A stretch of DNA of 14,745 nt from Candidatus Eiseniibacteriota bacterium (GCA_031370785.1 JANMQY010000012.1:1-14745); one strand, 5' to 3'; shown: positions 1 to 8,006, counted from the stretch's first letter. Numbers and translations are program-made. The notes: generated by a model not told the origin, from the sequence alone.

Positions 1-654
1 GCGGTCAAGACCATCGGCGAGCTGCACCCTGATCTGGTATTCCTCGACGTGCAGATGCCCAAGCTCGACGGATTCGAGGTGCTGGAGCTGCTCGAGCCGG
101 CGCCGGCGGTGATCTTCTGCACCGCGTACGATGAGTTCGCGCTGCGCGCGTTCGAGATCCACGCGGTCGACTACCTGCTCAAGCCGTTCGGTCGCGAGCG
201 GCTGAACGAAGCGCTCGAGCGGGTACGCGAGCGGCTGAAGGCATCGAGCGCCGCGGGCGCCGGCTCGACGCGCGCGAGCGCCACGCCGCCCACGTCTCTG
301 GCCGCGGCAGCGCGCCCGGCGGGCCAGTACGCTGAGCGCATCGTGGTGAAGGATGGCGCCAACGTGCACGTCATCCCGGTCGAGCGGCTCGATGTGGTCG
401 AGGCGCAGGATGACTATGTGGAGATCCGCGCCGAGGGGCGAGCCCATCTCAAGCACCAGTCGCTGGCCGCGCTGGCCGAGGCGCTCGATCCCGCGCGCTT
501 CGTGCGCGTGCACCGCTCCTACCTGGTCAATGTCGAGCGCATCGCGCGTCTCGAGCTGCTCGCCAAGGACAGCCGGGTCGCGATCCTGCACGATGGCCGC
601 CAGATTCCGGTGAGCCGCAGCGGGCACGAGCGCCTGCGGGAGTTGCTGGCGTAG
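1..654 (+). CDS. LytTR-family DNA-binding response regulator (REC + LytTR), 5'-truncated
   Basis: Frame 1 is open from base 1 (AVKTIGELHPDLVFLDVQMP...), so the true start is upstream of the window. REC hallmarks: phosphoacceptor Asp in VFLDVQMP, FCTAYDEFAL, DYLLKP. C-terminal LytTR motifs: EAQDDYV, FVRVHRSYLVN, IPVSRS. Stop TAG at 652-654. Confidence 0.96.
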   Translation, partial: AVKTIGELHPDLVFLDVQMPKLDGFEVLELLEPAPAVIFCTAYDEFALRAFEIHAVDYLLKPFGRERLNEALERVRERLKASSAAGAGSTRASATPPTSLAAAARPAGQYAERIVVKDGANVHVIPVERLDVVEAQDDYVEIRAEGRAHLKHQSLAALAEALDPARFVRVHRSYLVNVERIARLELLAKDSRVAILHDGRQIPVSRSGHERLRELLA

Positions 655-686
655 CCGGAACCGTCCGGGTGTAACGTAGAGAGTGC

Positions 687-2204
687 ATGTTCACTTCCAG
701 GCATCGCGCGATGTGGATCGTCGCTGCGCTGGTCACGGTGGCGTTCTCGGCGCTGGACATCGTGACACGCAGCCGGTTCGTCGCGTGGGCGTTCATCGGG
801 GCGGCAACCGCCGCCGCCGTGATGCTCGCGCGCAATGTGCCCGACAGTGCGGCGGGCCGCCCACCAATGAGGCCTTCAGCGGCGGGCGCCCGCGGAGGGC
901 CATACGCCGCCGACGAATATGCGCCGCCGTTGCGTGCCCTGTGGCGCGAGAGCCTGCTGCTCGGGCTCACCGGGTTTGGCGGCGGACTGGCGGTCCTCTC
1001 CAACATCGAGCGCCGCCTGGTGGCGCGCCGCCACTGGATTCGTGAGCGCACGTTCCTCGAGTCCGCGGCGCTGGCCCAGAGCCTGCCCGGCGCCGCCGCC
1101 GCGAACACACTCGCGCTGATCGGCCTGCGCCTGCGTGGTCTCTCGGGCGCGGTCACCGCGGTCGGCGGCTTCATCCTGCCCTCGTTCCTGATCCTGCTCG
1201 CCTTTGCGCTCCTCTACGGCCGGGTACGCGGCATTGCGGCGATCGACGCGCTGTTCCACGGGCTGAGGCCCGCGGTCGCGGGCCTCGTCGCCGCGACCGC
1301 GATGCGCATGGGCGGACGCCTTGCGTTCGAGCCCCAGGGGCGGCCCGGCGGATGGCGCCTGTTGGTGCGCGACCACTGGGCGCTGGGCCTCATGCTCGGC
1401 TCGGGGCTCGCTGTGGCCTTCGCCCATCTCGGTGTGGTCGAAGTGCTGCTGCTCGCCGGCATGGTCGGACTGATCCGCGGCAAGCTGCTCGCGCGCATCG
1501 ATCCGCTCAAGCTGGTCGAGGCGCAGTGGCGCTGGCTGCGGCGCCGCGCGTGGTTGATCGCCCACGCGGAGCCGGTCGCGGGCTGGAGGCGCTGGCTGCG
1601 AGATCGCGAAGACGATCTGTTCGCGCTAGCACCGCTCAGTCTGCCGCTCATGGGTCCGGGCTTCCCCGGCGCATGGCGCGCGCTGGGGGACCTGTGCGGC
1701 ATCTTCTTGCGCGCGGGCGCGACCACGTTCGGCGGCGGCTTCGTCATGATCCCGCTGCTCGAGAACGAGCTGGTCAGGGCGCGCGGCTGGCTTACTCCCG
1801 AGGCGTTTGCCGACGCGATGGCGCTCGGCCAGATCACGCCCGGGCCGGTCGTGATCACGGCGACATTCGTCGGCTACACGCTCTCCGGATTGACCGGCGC
1901 GCTGCTCGCGACGATATCGGTGTTCCTGCCGGCGTTCCTGATGGTGCTGGTGGTGGGAGGGTCGGCGCAGCGCTTCCGGCAGATGAGTGGCGTGCAGGCG
2001 TTCCTGCAGGGCCTTCAGCCGGCGGTTGTCGGGGTGATGTTCGCCGCGGCGATTGCGCTGCTGCGCTCCGCGGGAGTGACGCCCTTCAGCCTCGCGCTCG
2101 CGCTGGTTGCGTTCGCGACGCTGGCGACGTGGCGCATCAACTCGGCCTGGGTGCTGTTCGGCGGGAGTCTGGCCGGACTCGCGGCGCGAGCGCTCGGGGT
2201 GTGA
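687..2204 (+). CDS. chrA: Chromate efflux transporter, long-chain (bidomain) CHR family, with an ~75-aa N-terminal extension
   Basis: Two homologous CHR halves carry the GG-x-W-x-PG(P) signature: FGGGLAVL...HWI...AQSLPGA and FGGGFVMI...GWL...GQITPGP. Also ILPSF/FLPAF and GLRPAVAG/GLQPAVVG. The start is uncertain (ATG 687, ATG 711 or later). Confidence 0.92.
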   Translation: MFTSRHRAMWIVAALVTVAFSALDIVTRSRFVAWAFIGAATAAAVMLARNVPDSAAGRPPMRPSAAGARGGPYAADEYAPPLRALWRESLLLGLTGFGGGLAVLSNIERRLVARRHWIRERTFLESAALAQSLPGAAAANTLALIGLRLRGLSGAVTAVGGFILPSFLILLAFALLYGRVRGIAAIDALFHGLRPAVAGLVAATAMRMGGRLAFEPQGRPGGWRLLVRDHWALGLMLGSGLAVAFAHLGVVEVLLLAGMVGLIRGKLLARIDPLKLVEAQWRWLRRRAWLIAHAEPVAGWRRWLRDREDDLFALAPLSLPLMGPGFPGAWRALGDLCGIFLRAGATTFGGGFVMIPLLENELVRARGWLTPEAFADAMALGQITPGPVVITATFVGYTLSGLTGALLATISVFLPAFLMVLVVGGSAQRFRQMSGVQAFLQGLQPAVVGVMFAAAIALLRSAGVTPFSLALALVAFATLATWRINSAWVLFGGSLAGLAARALGV

Positions 2205-2243
2205 GGTTGCGCCGCGAGGGGCGACGGGCGAGAAACCTGCTCT

Positions 2244-2552
2244 CTACACCCGCCCGGGCACGGCCGGCGAGCGACGCCGGAACCACCACGTGAAGAACGC
2301 GGCGATCAGGATGAACGGCAGCACCGGCACGACGAGCATCACGATGCCGAAGCCGAAGAACACCGCGCCGACCACGCACGCGAGCACGATCAGCGGCAGC
2401 AGGAGCAGCGCAGTGAAGACGTGAAACACCCAGCCGAGCAGCCGGAGCGGCATGAACAGCAGCCAGCACACCATCGCGGCGACCGCAGCCAGCGTGCCGA
2501 AGACCACAAATCCGGCGATCGCCAGCGCTCCCAGCCCGAGCAGCCCGAACAT
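2244..2552 (-). CDS. Small hydrophobic membrane protein (102 aa), function unknown
   Basis: ATG preceded by GGGAG (minus strand reads GGGAGATCGAGAAAATG). The protein is almost wholly hydrophobic, with a basic C-terminal tail (WWFRRRSP). It fills the gap convergent to chrA and has a candidate ECF promoter upstream. Confidence 0.85.
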   Translation of the reverse strand: MFGLLGLGALAIAGFVVFGTLAAVAAMVCWLLFMPLRLLGWVFHVFTALLLLPLIVLACVVGAVFFGFGIVMLVVPVLPFILIAAFFTWWFRRRSPAVPGRV

Positions 2553-2636
2553 TTTCTCGATCTCCCGCTAGGGCGCGCCGGTCCGGCCAGAGCCGCATTG
2601 GCCCGATGCCGCCGGGCACGCCAACACGGGGCATTC

Positions 2637-2662
2637 TACGTCCGGTCGTTCCGGATGTTGCA
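2637..2662 (-). promoter_or_regulatory. Candidate ECF-sigma promoter (sigmaW/sigmaM-like) for the small membrane protein gene
   Basis: Minus strand reads TGCAAC-atccggaacgaccgga (16 nt)-CGTA, matching the known TG(A/C)AAC-N16-CGT(A) ECF consensus, about 85 nt upstream of the ATG at 2552. Confidence 0.65.
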
Positions 2663-2685
2663 AATGCCGGCCATGGGCACCCGCG

Positions 2686-2790
2686 ACAGTTGTGGGTCGG
2701 GTGAGCAACTCGCTCTGGAGCGAGTTGAAGGGCGGATGGGTCAACTCGTTCTGGAACGAGTTGCCGGGCAACTGGCTCTGGGAGCCAGTT
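2686..2790. repeat. Tandem array of three 22-nt palindromic repeats plus an upstream AGTTG half-site
   Basis: CAACTCGCTC-TG-GAGCGAGTTG (2706-2727), CAACTCGTTC-TG-GAACGAGTTG (2742-2763) and C-AACTGGCTC-TGG-GAGCCAGTT (2769-2790) are each perfect 9-10 bp inverted repeats. ACAGTTG lies at 2686-2692. Confidence 0.9.
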
Positions 2791-2875
2791 CGCCCGCCCG
2801 AAGACCGCGCCGGTCGCCCCGGGGTCCGCGTCTGCCCGGCGCCGGGCCCGGGGAGTCGCGCCTCGCCGTGGCTCC

Positions 2876-2884
2876 TGATAGATT
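2876..2884 (+). promoter_or_regulatory. Candidate extended -10 promoter element for the CDGSH operon
   Basis: TG-a-TAGATT (TGnTAnnnT pattern) ends 47 nt upstream of the ATG at 2932, in a short AT-rich patch. No good -35. Confidence 0.45.
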
Positions 2885-2931
2885 TCAGGCTTCGCTGCCC
2901 TCCATTGGGCGGCTTCGCCCGGGGGATCGGC

Positions 2932-3171
2932 ATGGCAGCCGCAAAGATTTCGGTGATGAACAACGGGTCGCTGCGCGTCGAAGGCGACTTCGAGATCGTG
3001 GATCAGGACGGCCGTCCGTTCGGCCTCGCGGGGCGGGGGAAAGTGTCCCTGTGTCGGTGCGGGCAGTCGAGCAACAAGCCGTTCTGCGACGGAACGCACA
3101 AGACCTGCGGCTTCGAGTCCACGCTCGTCGCCTTCGATCTGCCGGCGCCGGCCCCGAAGCCCGCGCCTTGA
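2932..3171 (+). CDS. CDGSH iron-sulfur domain protein (79 aa, single 2Fe-2S CDGSH motif)
   Basis: CRCGQSSNKPFCDGTH fits C-x-C-x2-S-x3-P-x-C-D-G-(S/A/T)-H, with a typical N-terminal NGSLRVEG strand. ATG at 2932 is preceded by GGGGGA. The ORF-track extension to 2692 is probably non-coding. Confidence 0.94.
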   Translation: MAAAKISVMNNGSLRVEGDFEIVDQDGRPFGLAGRGKVSLCRCGQSSNKPFCDGTHKTCGFESTLVAFDLPAPAPKPAP

Positions 3172-3183
3172 AATGCGGGTCGC

Positions 3184-3954
3184 GTGAAGCTCGGCACGCT
3201 GCTCGCCGCCGTCTTGCTGCTGGCCGCGGCCGGCGTGTGCGTGCGGCTCGGCATCTGGCAGGTGTCGCGCCTTCACCAGAAGCAGGCGATGAACGCCGCG
3301 CTGCGCGAGGCGCTCGCGGCGCCGCCGCTGACGCTCGGCGCCGTGCCCGCGCCGCCGGACTCGGTGCGCCACCGGCGCGTGCGCGCGCGCGGACGGTTCG
3401 ATGAGCGGCATCAGCTGTTGCTGGTCGGGCGCAGTCACGATGGCAGCCCGGGGGTCAACGTCGTGACGCCGCTGATGCTCGAGGGCGGATCGGCGGTGCT
3501 GGTGGATCGCGGCTGGATCTATGCGGGCGACGCCGCAACCGCGCGCCCGCAGGAATTCCCGGAGCCTGGAGTGCGCGACGTGGTTGGGATCGCGGATCTG
3601 CTTGTCGGAGGGCGGGGCGGCGCGCCTTTACGCACGCTGGAGGACGACAGCGTCACGGTGTGGACCGCGCGCTGGATGGACCTCGACACGCTGGCGGCCC
3701 ACTTCCCCTATCGAATCGCGCCGTACACGATCCGCCAGTTGCCGGGTGAGGACGTTCCCGAGCATCCCGCGCGCTCGGCGCCGAAGCCCTTGGATGAAAG
3801 CATGCATGTGAGCTACGCCGCACAGTGGTTCCTGTTCGCGGCCATACTTCTGTTCGGTCCGGCCGTCGTGATGCTGTCGCGCAGGCGTGAGGCGCGCGGC
3901 CCGAAATCCGACCTCGACATTCCGACCCGACCCGATGGGAGATCGAATCGATGA
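3184..3954 (+). CDS. SURF1/Shy1-family membrane protein
   Basis: N-terminal TM followed by LGIWQVSR, then GVNVVTPL, VLVDRGWI, and HVSYAAQWFLFA followed by a C-terminal TM. These are SURF1 family motifs. GTG start 12 nt after the CDGSH stop. Confidence 0.93.
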   Translation: MKLGTLLAAVLLLAAAGVCVRLGIWQVSRLHQKQAMNAALREALAAPPLTLGAVPAPPDSVRHRRVRARGRFDERHQLLLVGRSHDGSPGVNVVTPLMLEGGSAVLVDRGWIYAGDAATARPQEFPEPGVRDVVGIADLLVGGRGGAPLRTLEDDSVTVWTARWMDLDTLAAHFPYRIAPYTIRQLPGEDVPEHPARSAPKPLDESMHVSYAAQWFLFAAILLFGPAVVMLSRRREARGPKSDLDIPTRPDGRSNR

Positions 3955-5744
3955 CTCGAATGTTCAGCACCGTCCTGCTGCTGCTCGTGTCCGCCGCGCT
4001 CGTTCCTTTCGCCGCGCGCTCGGCGTCTGCTGCGCCCGCCGTCCGGCCCGGGGCGGCGCTCGCGAAACTGTGCGACGAGTTCTGGCAGGGCTGGCTCGCG
4101 GCCTATCCGACCCAGGCCACCGTGCTCGGCGATCATCGTTACGACAATCGGCTCGAAGACATCTCGCTGGCAGGGAGCGCACGCGAAGAGGCGCGACTCA
4201 AGAGTGTGCTCGCGCGCGCGCAGGCGATCGATGAGAAGGCGCTGAGCCCGGCCGAGCGCGTCTCGCGATCGGCGCTGATACTTGAATGCCAGAACGAGCT
4301 GGACGAGAGCGCGTGCCGGCTCGGCGAGTGGGTGGTGGATCCGCGCGGCGGCCCGCCTACCGAGTTCATGAACCTGCCGGACTTCACCGTGATCATCACG
4401 CCCGAGGATGCGGCGAATTACGTGGCCCGCTGTCGCGCGATGGGTCCGTACGTGGATGCGCGCATTGCGAACCTGACCCGTGGCCTCAAGAGCGGAAGGG
4501 TGGGAACGCGCGCCGGCGTCACCAAGACGCTTGCCGAGCTCGACACGCTGCTCGCGCAGAGCACCGAGAGCTGGCCGCTCCAAGCCCCGGTCACCGAAAC
4601 CCGCCTCGACTGGACGGCGCAGCAGAAGCTCGACTTCGCGAACGGCCTGGAGTCGGCGCTCAACGATGTGGTCCGGCCCGCGCTCACGCGCTACCGCGAT
4701 TTCCTGCGATCGGCGATCCTGCCCGCGGCGCGCAGCGACGAGAAGGCGGGGCTGTCGTTCCTGCCCGAGGGTCGCGAGGTGTATCTCAAGCGCATCCGCA
4801 CCCAGACCTCTCTCGATCGCACGCCCGAACAGCTGCACCAGCTCGGTCTCGATCAGGTGGCCAGGGTGCGCAAGGAGATCAGCGAGCTGGGCAAGAAGGT
4901 GCTCGGCACCGATGACCTGGCCGAGATCCAGAAGAAGCTGCGCACCGATCCCGCGATGCACTTCCGGACCGCCGCCGAAGTCGAGGGAAAGGCGCGAGAG
5001 ACGCTCGCTCGCGCCAAGGCCGCGATCCCGGGTTACTTCCGGGTGCTGCCCAAGGCGGATTGCCAGGTGAAGGTGATGGGCAGCTACGAGGCGCCGCATT
5101 CGACCATCGCCTACTATCGCCAGGGCGCGATCGATGGCTCGCGGCCGGGCAACTACATGATCAACACCTACGCGCCCGAGACGCGGCCGCGCTACGAGGC
5201 CGAAGCGCTGGCGTTCCACGAGAGCATTCCCGGGCATCACCTGCAGATCGCGATCGCGCAGGAGCTCCAGGGCGTGCCCGAGTTCCGCCGCCAGCTCGGC
5301 GTGACCTCGTACGTCGAAGGCTGGGCGCTCTACACCGAGCGCCTCGCGGACGAGATGGGCCTCTACTCAAGCGATACCGATCGCCTGGGCATGCTCTCGT
5401 TCGACGCATGGCGCGCATGTCGCCTCGTGGTCGACACCGGCATGCACGCCATGGGCTGGACCCGCCAGCAGGCGATCGACTACATGACCGCGAACACGGT
5501 GCTGGCGGAAAACAACATCGCCAACGAAGTGGATCGCTATCTCGGCGATCCCGGACAGGCGCTGGCGTACAAACTCGGACAGATCGAGATCCTGGACCTG
5601 CGCGCCCAGGCGAAGAAGCGGCTCGGCGATCGGTTCGATCTCAAGGCGTTCCACGAGACTGTGCTCGAGAATGGCGCGGTCGCGCTGCCGGTCCTGCGCC
5701 AGCAGGTCGAGGCATGGATCGCGACTCAGGAAGGAGCGAAGTGA
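3951..5744 (+). CDS. DUF885-family secreted protein (putative zinc metallopeptidase)
   Basis: Sec-type signal peptide. Family motifs: [69 protein letters not shown] overlap with the SURF1 stop. Alternative start ATG 3960. Confidence 0.93.
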   Translation: MTRMFSTVLLLLVSAALVPFAARSASAAPAVRPGAALAKLCDEFWQGWLAAYPTQATVLGDHRYDNRLEDISLAGSAREEARLKSVLARAQAIDEKALSPAERVSRSALILECQNELDESACRLGEWVVDPRGGPPTEFMNLPDFTVIITPEDAANYVARCRAMGPYVDARIANLTRGLKSGRVGTRAGVTKTLAELDTLLAQSTESWPLQAPVTETRLDWTAQQKLDFANGLESALNDVVRPALTRYRDFLRSAILPAARSDEKAGLSFLPEGREVYLKRIRTQTSLDRTPEQLHQLGLDQVARVRKEISELGKKVLGTDDLAEIQKKLRTDPAMHFRTAAEVEGKARETLARAKAAIPGYFRVLPKADCQVKVMGSYEAPHSTIAYYRQGAIDGSRPGNYMINTYAPETRPRYEAEALAFHESIPGHHLQIAIAQELQGVPEFRRQLGVTSYVEGWALYTERLADEMGLYSSDTDRLGMLSFDAWRACRLVVDTGMHAMGWTRQQAIDYMTANTVLAENNIANEVDRYLGDPGQALAYKLGQIEILDLRAQAKKRLGDRFDLKAFHETVLENGAVALPVLRQQVEAWIATQEGAK

Positions 5745-7939
5745 TGAGCAGCCTGCGACCGACAAACTTGGGGAGAGCATCGATGAAATTCGCGAGAACG
5801 ATGACGAGCGTCGCACTGCTGATGGCCGCGGGCGTGGCCGCTGCGCAGTCGCCTTCGGCGAAGTTGCCCGAGACGCCGAAGCGACCGGTCGAGGATCGCT
5901 ACTTCGGCGTGACCGTGCGCGAGGACTACCGCTGGCTCGAGAACTGGTCCGACCCCGACGTCAAGGCGTGGAGCGAGGCCGAGAACGGCGTCACGCGACA
6001 CTACCTCGACAGCCTGCCGGATCGGCCCGCGATCCTGCGCCGCGTCGAGGAGCTGTCGCGCAGCCTCACACCCGCGTACCGCTCGCTGAGCTGGCGCGGC
6101 GGAGCGCTGTTCGCGATCAAGGACCAGCCGCCCAAGCAGCAGCCCATGCTGGTGCGGCTCGGCTCGCTCGACGATCTGACGCAGGAGACGGTGCTCGTCG
6201 ATCCCAACACGCTCGATCCGACCGGCGGCACCGCGATCGACTTCTACGAGCCTTCGCTCGACGGTTCGAAGGTCGCCGTCTCGCTGTCGCAGGGCGGAAG
6301 CGAGTCGGGCACCGTGCATGTCTATGATGGAAAGACCGGCGCCGCGCTCCGCGATCTCGTTCCACGCGTGCAGGGCGGCACCGCGGGTGGGAGCGTGACC
6401 TGGAACGCCGATGCCACCGGATTCTGGTGCACGCGCTACCCCGCACCCGGCGAGCGGCCGGAGGCGGACCTGTCGTTCTACCAGCAGGTGTACTGGCACA
6501 AGCTCGGCGAGTCCGCGGATCGGGACGCGTACGTGCTCGGCAAGGACTTCCCGAAGATCGCAGAGATCAAGCTCGACACCTCGCACGACGGCAAGTGGCT
6601 GCTGGTCGAAGTGCTCAACGGTGACGGCGGCGAGCACGCGTTCTGGCTGCGCGCCGCGAACGGGAAGGCGTTCACGAAGGTCGCCGAATTCGTCGACCGC
6701 ATCGTTGGCGCGAAGTTCGGCGACGGTGGGCTCTACCTGCTGTCGCGCAAGGACTCGCCCAACGGCAGCATCCTGCGCGTGCCGTTCGCCGCACCTGATC
6801 TGGCAAAGGCGAAGACCGTGGTGCCCGCGAGCGAAATCGCGATCGAGGACTTCCGGCCCGCCGGACCCAGGCTCTACGTGCAGGACATCATCGGCGGCCC
6901 CTCCGAAGTGCGGGTGTTCGATCTCGACGCCCGCGCGCTCGGCAAGCTCCCGATACCCGCAGTGAGCAGCGTGGGCGGCATCGTGCACCTGAACGGCGAT
7001 GAGGTGCTGGTCGAGCGCTACAGCTACACCGAGCCGCCGCGCTGGATGCGCTACGACCCGGCGACCGCGGCCTTCCGGCCTACTGCGCTGGCTCTCAAGT
7101 CACCCGCCGACTATTCGGACGTCGAAGTGCGCCGCGAGTTCGCGATGTCCAAGGACGGCACGCGCGTGCCGATCAACATCCTGTTCAAGAAGGGAACCAA
7201 GCTGGATGGTAGCGCGCCCGCGCTGCTCACCGGCTACGGCGGCTACGGGCTGAGCCAGCGCCCCGGCTTCAGCTCGACGCGCAAGCTCTGGCTCGAGCAG
7301 GGCGGAGTGTTCGCCGTTGCCAACATCCGCGGCGGCGGCGAGTACGGCGACGCGTGGCATCTGGCCGGCAACCTGACGAAGAAACAGAACGTGTTCGACG
7401 ATTTCGCCGCGTGCGCGCAGTACCTGGTGGACCGCCACTACACCAGCATCGACCGGCTCGCCTGCCAGGGCGGCAGCAACGGCGGGCTGCTGATGGGCGT
7501 GATGCTGACCCAGCATCCCGAGCTGTTCCGCGCCATCGTCTCGAGCGTGGGCATCTACGACATGCTGCGCGTGGAGCTGAGTCCCAACGGCCTGTTCAAC
7601 ATCACCGAGTTCGGCACCGTGACCGATTCGGCGCAGTTCCGGGCGCTCCATGCCTATTCGCCCTATCACCACGTACGTGATGATCAGCAGTACCCGTCGA
7701 TAATGTTCCTGACCGGCGCCAATGACCCACGCGTCGACCCGATGAACTCGCGCAAGATGACAGCGCGCATGCAGGCGACCGCGACCAGGAACCCGGTGCT
7801 GCTGCGCACCAGCTCGAGCACCGGCCACGGAATCGGCAGCCCGCTCTCGGCACGGAACGAGCAGCAGGCCGATATCTACGCATTCCTCATGGCCCAGCTC
7901 GGCATGCACTGGCAGAAGGGCGCGGTGGCCGTGCCGTAG
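5744..7939 (+). CDS. Secreted prolyl oligopeptidase (peptidase S9A): beta-propeller plus alpha/beta-hydrolase domain
   Basis: EDYRWLE, GYGGY, NIRGGGEYG, KQNVFDDF, nucleophile GGSNGG, Asp in ANDPRV and His in TGHG. Start is ATG 5744 (AAGGAG at 5731-5736, TGATG overlap with the DUF885 stop) or ATG 5783 (GGGGAG, cleaner signal peptide MKFARTMTSVALLMAAGVAAA). The ORF-track start at 5060 is spurious. Confidence 0.96.
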   Translation: MSSLRPTNLGRASMKFARTMTSVALLMAAGVAAAQSPSAKLPETPKRPVEDRYFGVTVREDYRWLENWSDPDVKAWSEAENGVTRHYLDSLPDRPAILRRVEELSRSLTPAYRSLSWRGGALFAIKDQPPKQQPMLVRLGSLDDLTQETVLVDPNTLDPTGGTAIDFYEPSLDGSKVAVSLSQGGSESGTVHVYDGKTGAALRDLVPRVQGGTAGGSVTWNADATGFWCTRYPAPGERPEADLSFYQQVYWHKLGESADRDAYVLGKDFPKIAEIKLDTSHDGKWLLVEVLNGDGGEHAFWLRAANGKAFTKVAEFVDRIVGAKFGDGGLYLLSRKDSPNGSILRVPFAAPDLAKAKTVVPASEIAIEDFRPAGPRLYVQDIIGGPSEVRVFDLDARALGKLPIPAVSSVGGIVHLNGDEVLVERYSYTEPPRWMRYDPATAAFRPTALALKSPADYSDVEVRREFAMSKDGTRVPINILFKKGTKLDGSAPALLTGYGGYGLSQRPGFSSTRKLWLEQGGVFAVANIRGGGEYGDAWHLAGNLTKKQNVFDDFAACAQYLVDRHYTSIDRLACQGGSNGGLLMGVMLTQHPELFRAIVSSVGIYDMLRVELSPNGLFNITEFGTVTDSAQFRALHAYSPYHHVRDDQQYPSIMFLTGANDPRVDPMNSRKMTARMQATATRNPVLLRTSSSTGHGIGSPLSARNEQQADIYAFLMAQLGMHWQKGAVAVP

Positions 7940-7965
7940 GGCGGCGAACCCACGAATCCGCCTCC

Positions 7966-8006
7966 GGCCGGGGCGCTCCCGAAGGCGCGCCCCGGCCTAA
8001 TTTCTT
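7966..8006 (+). terminator. Probable intrinsic terminator after the peptidase operon
   Basis: Perfect 11-bp stem GGCCGGGGCGC (7966-7976) / GCGCCCCGGCC (7987-7997) with a 10-nt loop, followed by TAATTTCTT. Confidence 0.7.

Noticed and set aside
655..686. ECF promoter before chrA (GGAAC...CGTAGA), similar in wording to the promoter at 2637-2662
   Set aside because: The spacer is 13 nt rather than 16-17, so chrA may simply be co-transcribed with the LytTR gene.
2206..2225. Bidirectional terminator between chrA and the convergent gene
   Set aside because: Only a weak interrupted stem with a GCGA loop, and no U-tract directly after the stem on either strand.
2706..2790. Mini CRISPR array
   Set aside because: Linkers of 14 and 5 nt are too short and unequal for spacers, there are only three divergent units, and there are no cas genes in the window.
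2692..2931. 80-aa N-terminal extension of the CDGSH ORF with a repeated NSxWxEL-like peptide
   Set aside because: The peptide repeat is just the translation of the palindromic DNA array, and the rest is low-complexity Pro/Gly/Arg. ATG 2932 has an RBS and a candidate promoter, and gives a typical-length protein.
3047..3054. Third copy of CCCTGTGT inside the CDGSH gene
   Set aside because: It encodes Ser-Leu-Cys at the Fe-S motif and has no flanking complementary stem.
5060..5743. 228-aa N-terminal extension of the prolyl oligopeptidase (959-aa ORF)
   Set aside because: It overlaps the DUF885 gene in another frame and has Arg/Pro-rich shadow composition. The signal peptide and RBS lie at 5744/5783.
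7940..8000. c-di-GMP-I riboswitch (words GGCGAACC, GCCTCCGGCC, CCGGCCTAA) upstream of a signalling gene
   Set aside because: It lacks the GNRA-capped P2 and the GGACGCAAA-type junction in the correct order. A terminator hairpin explains the segment better. An Rfam scan would settle it.
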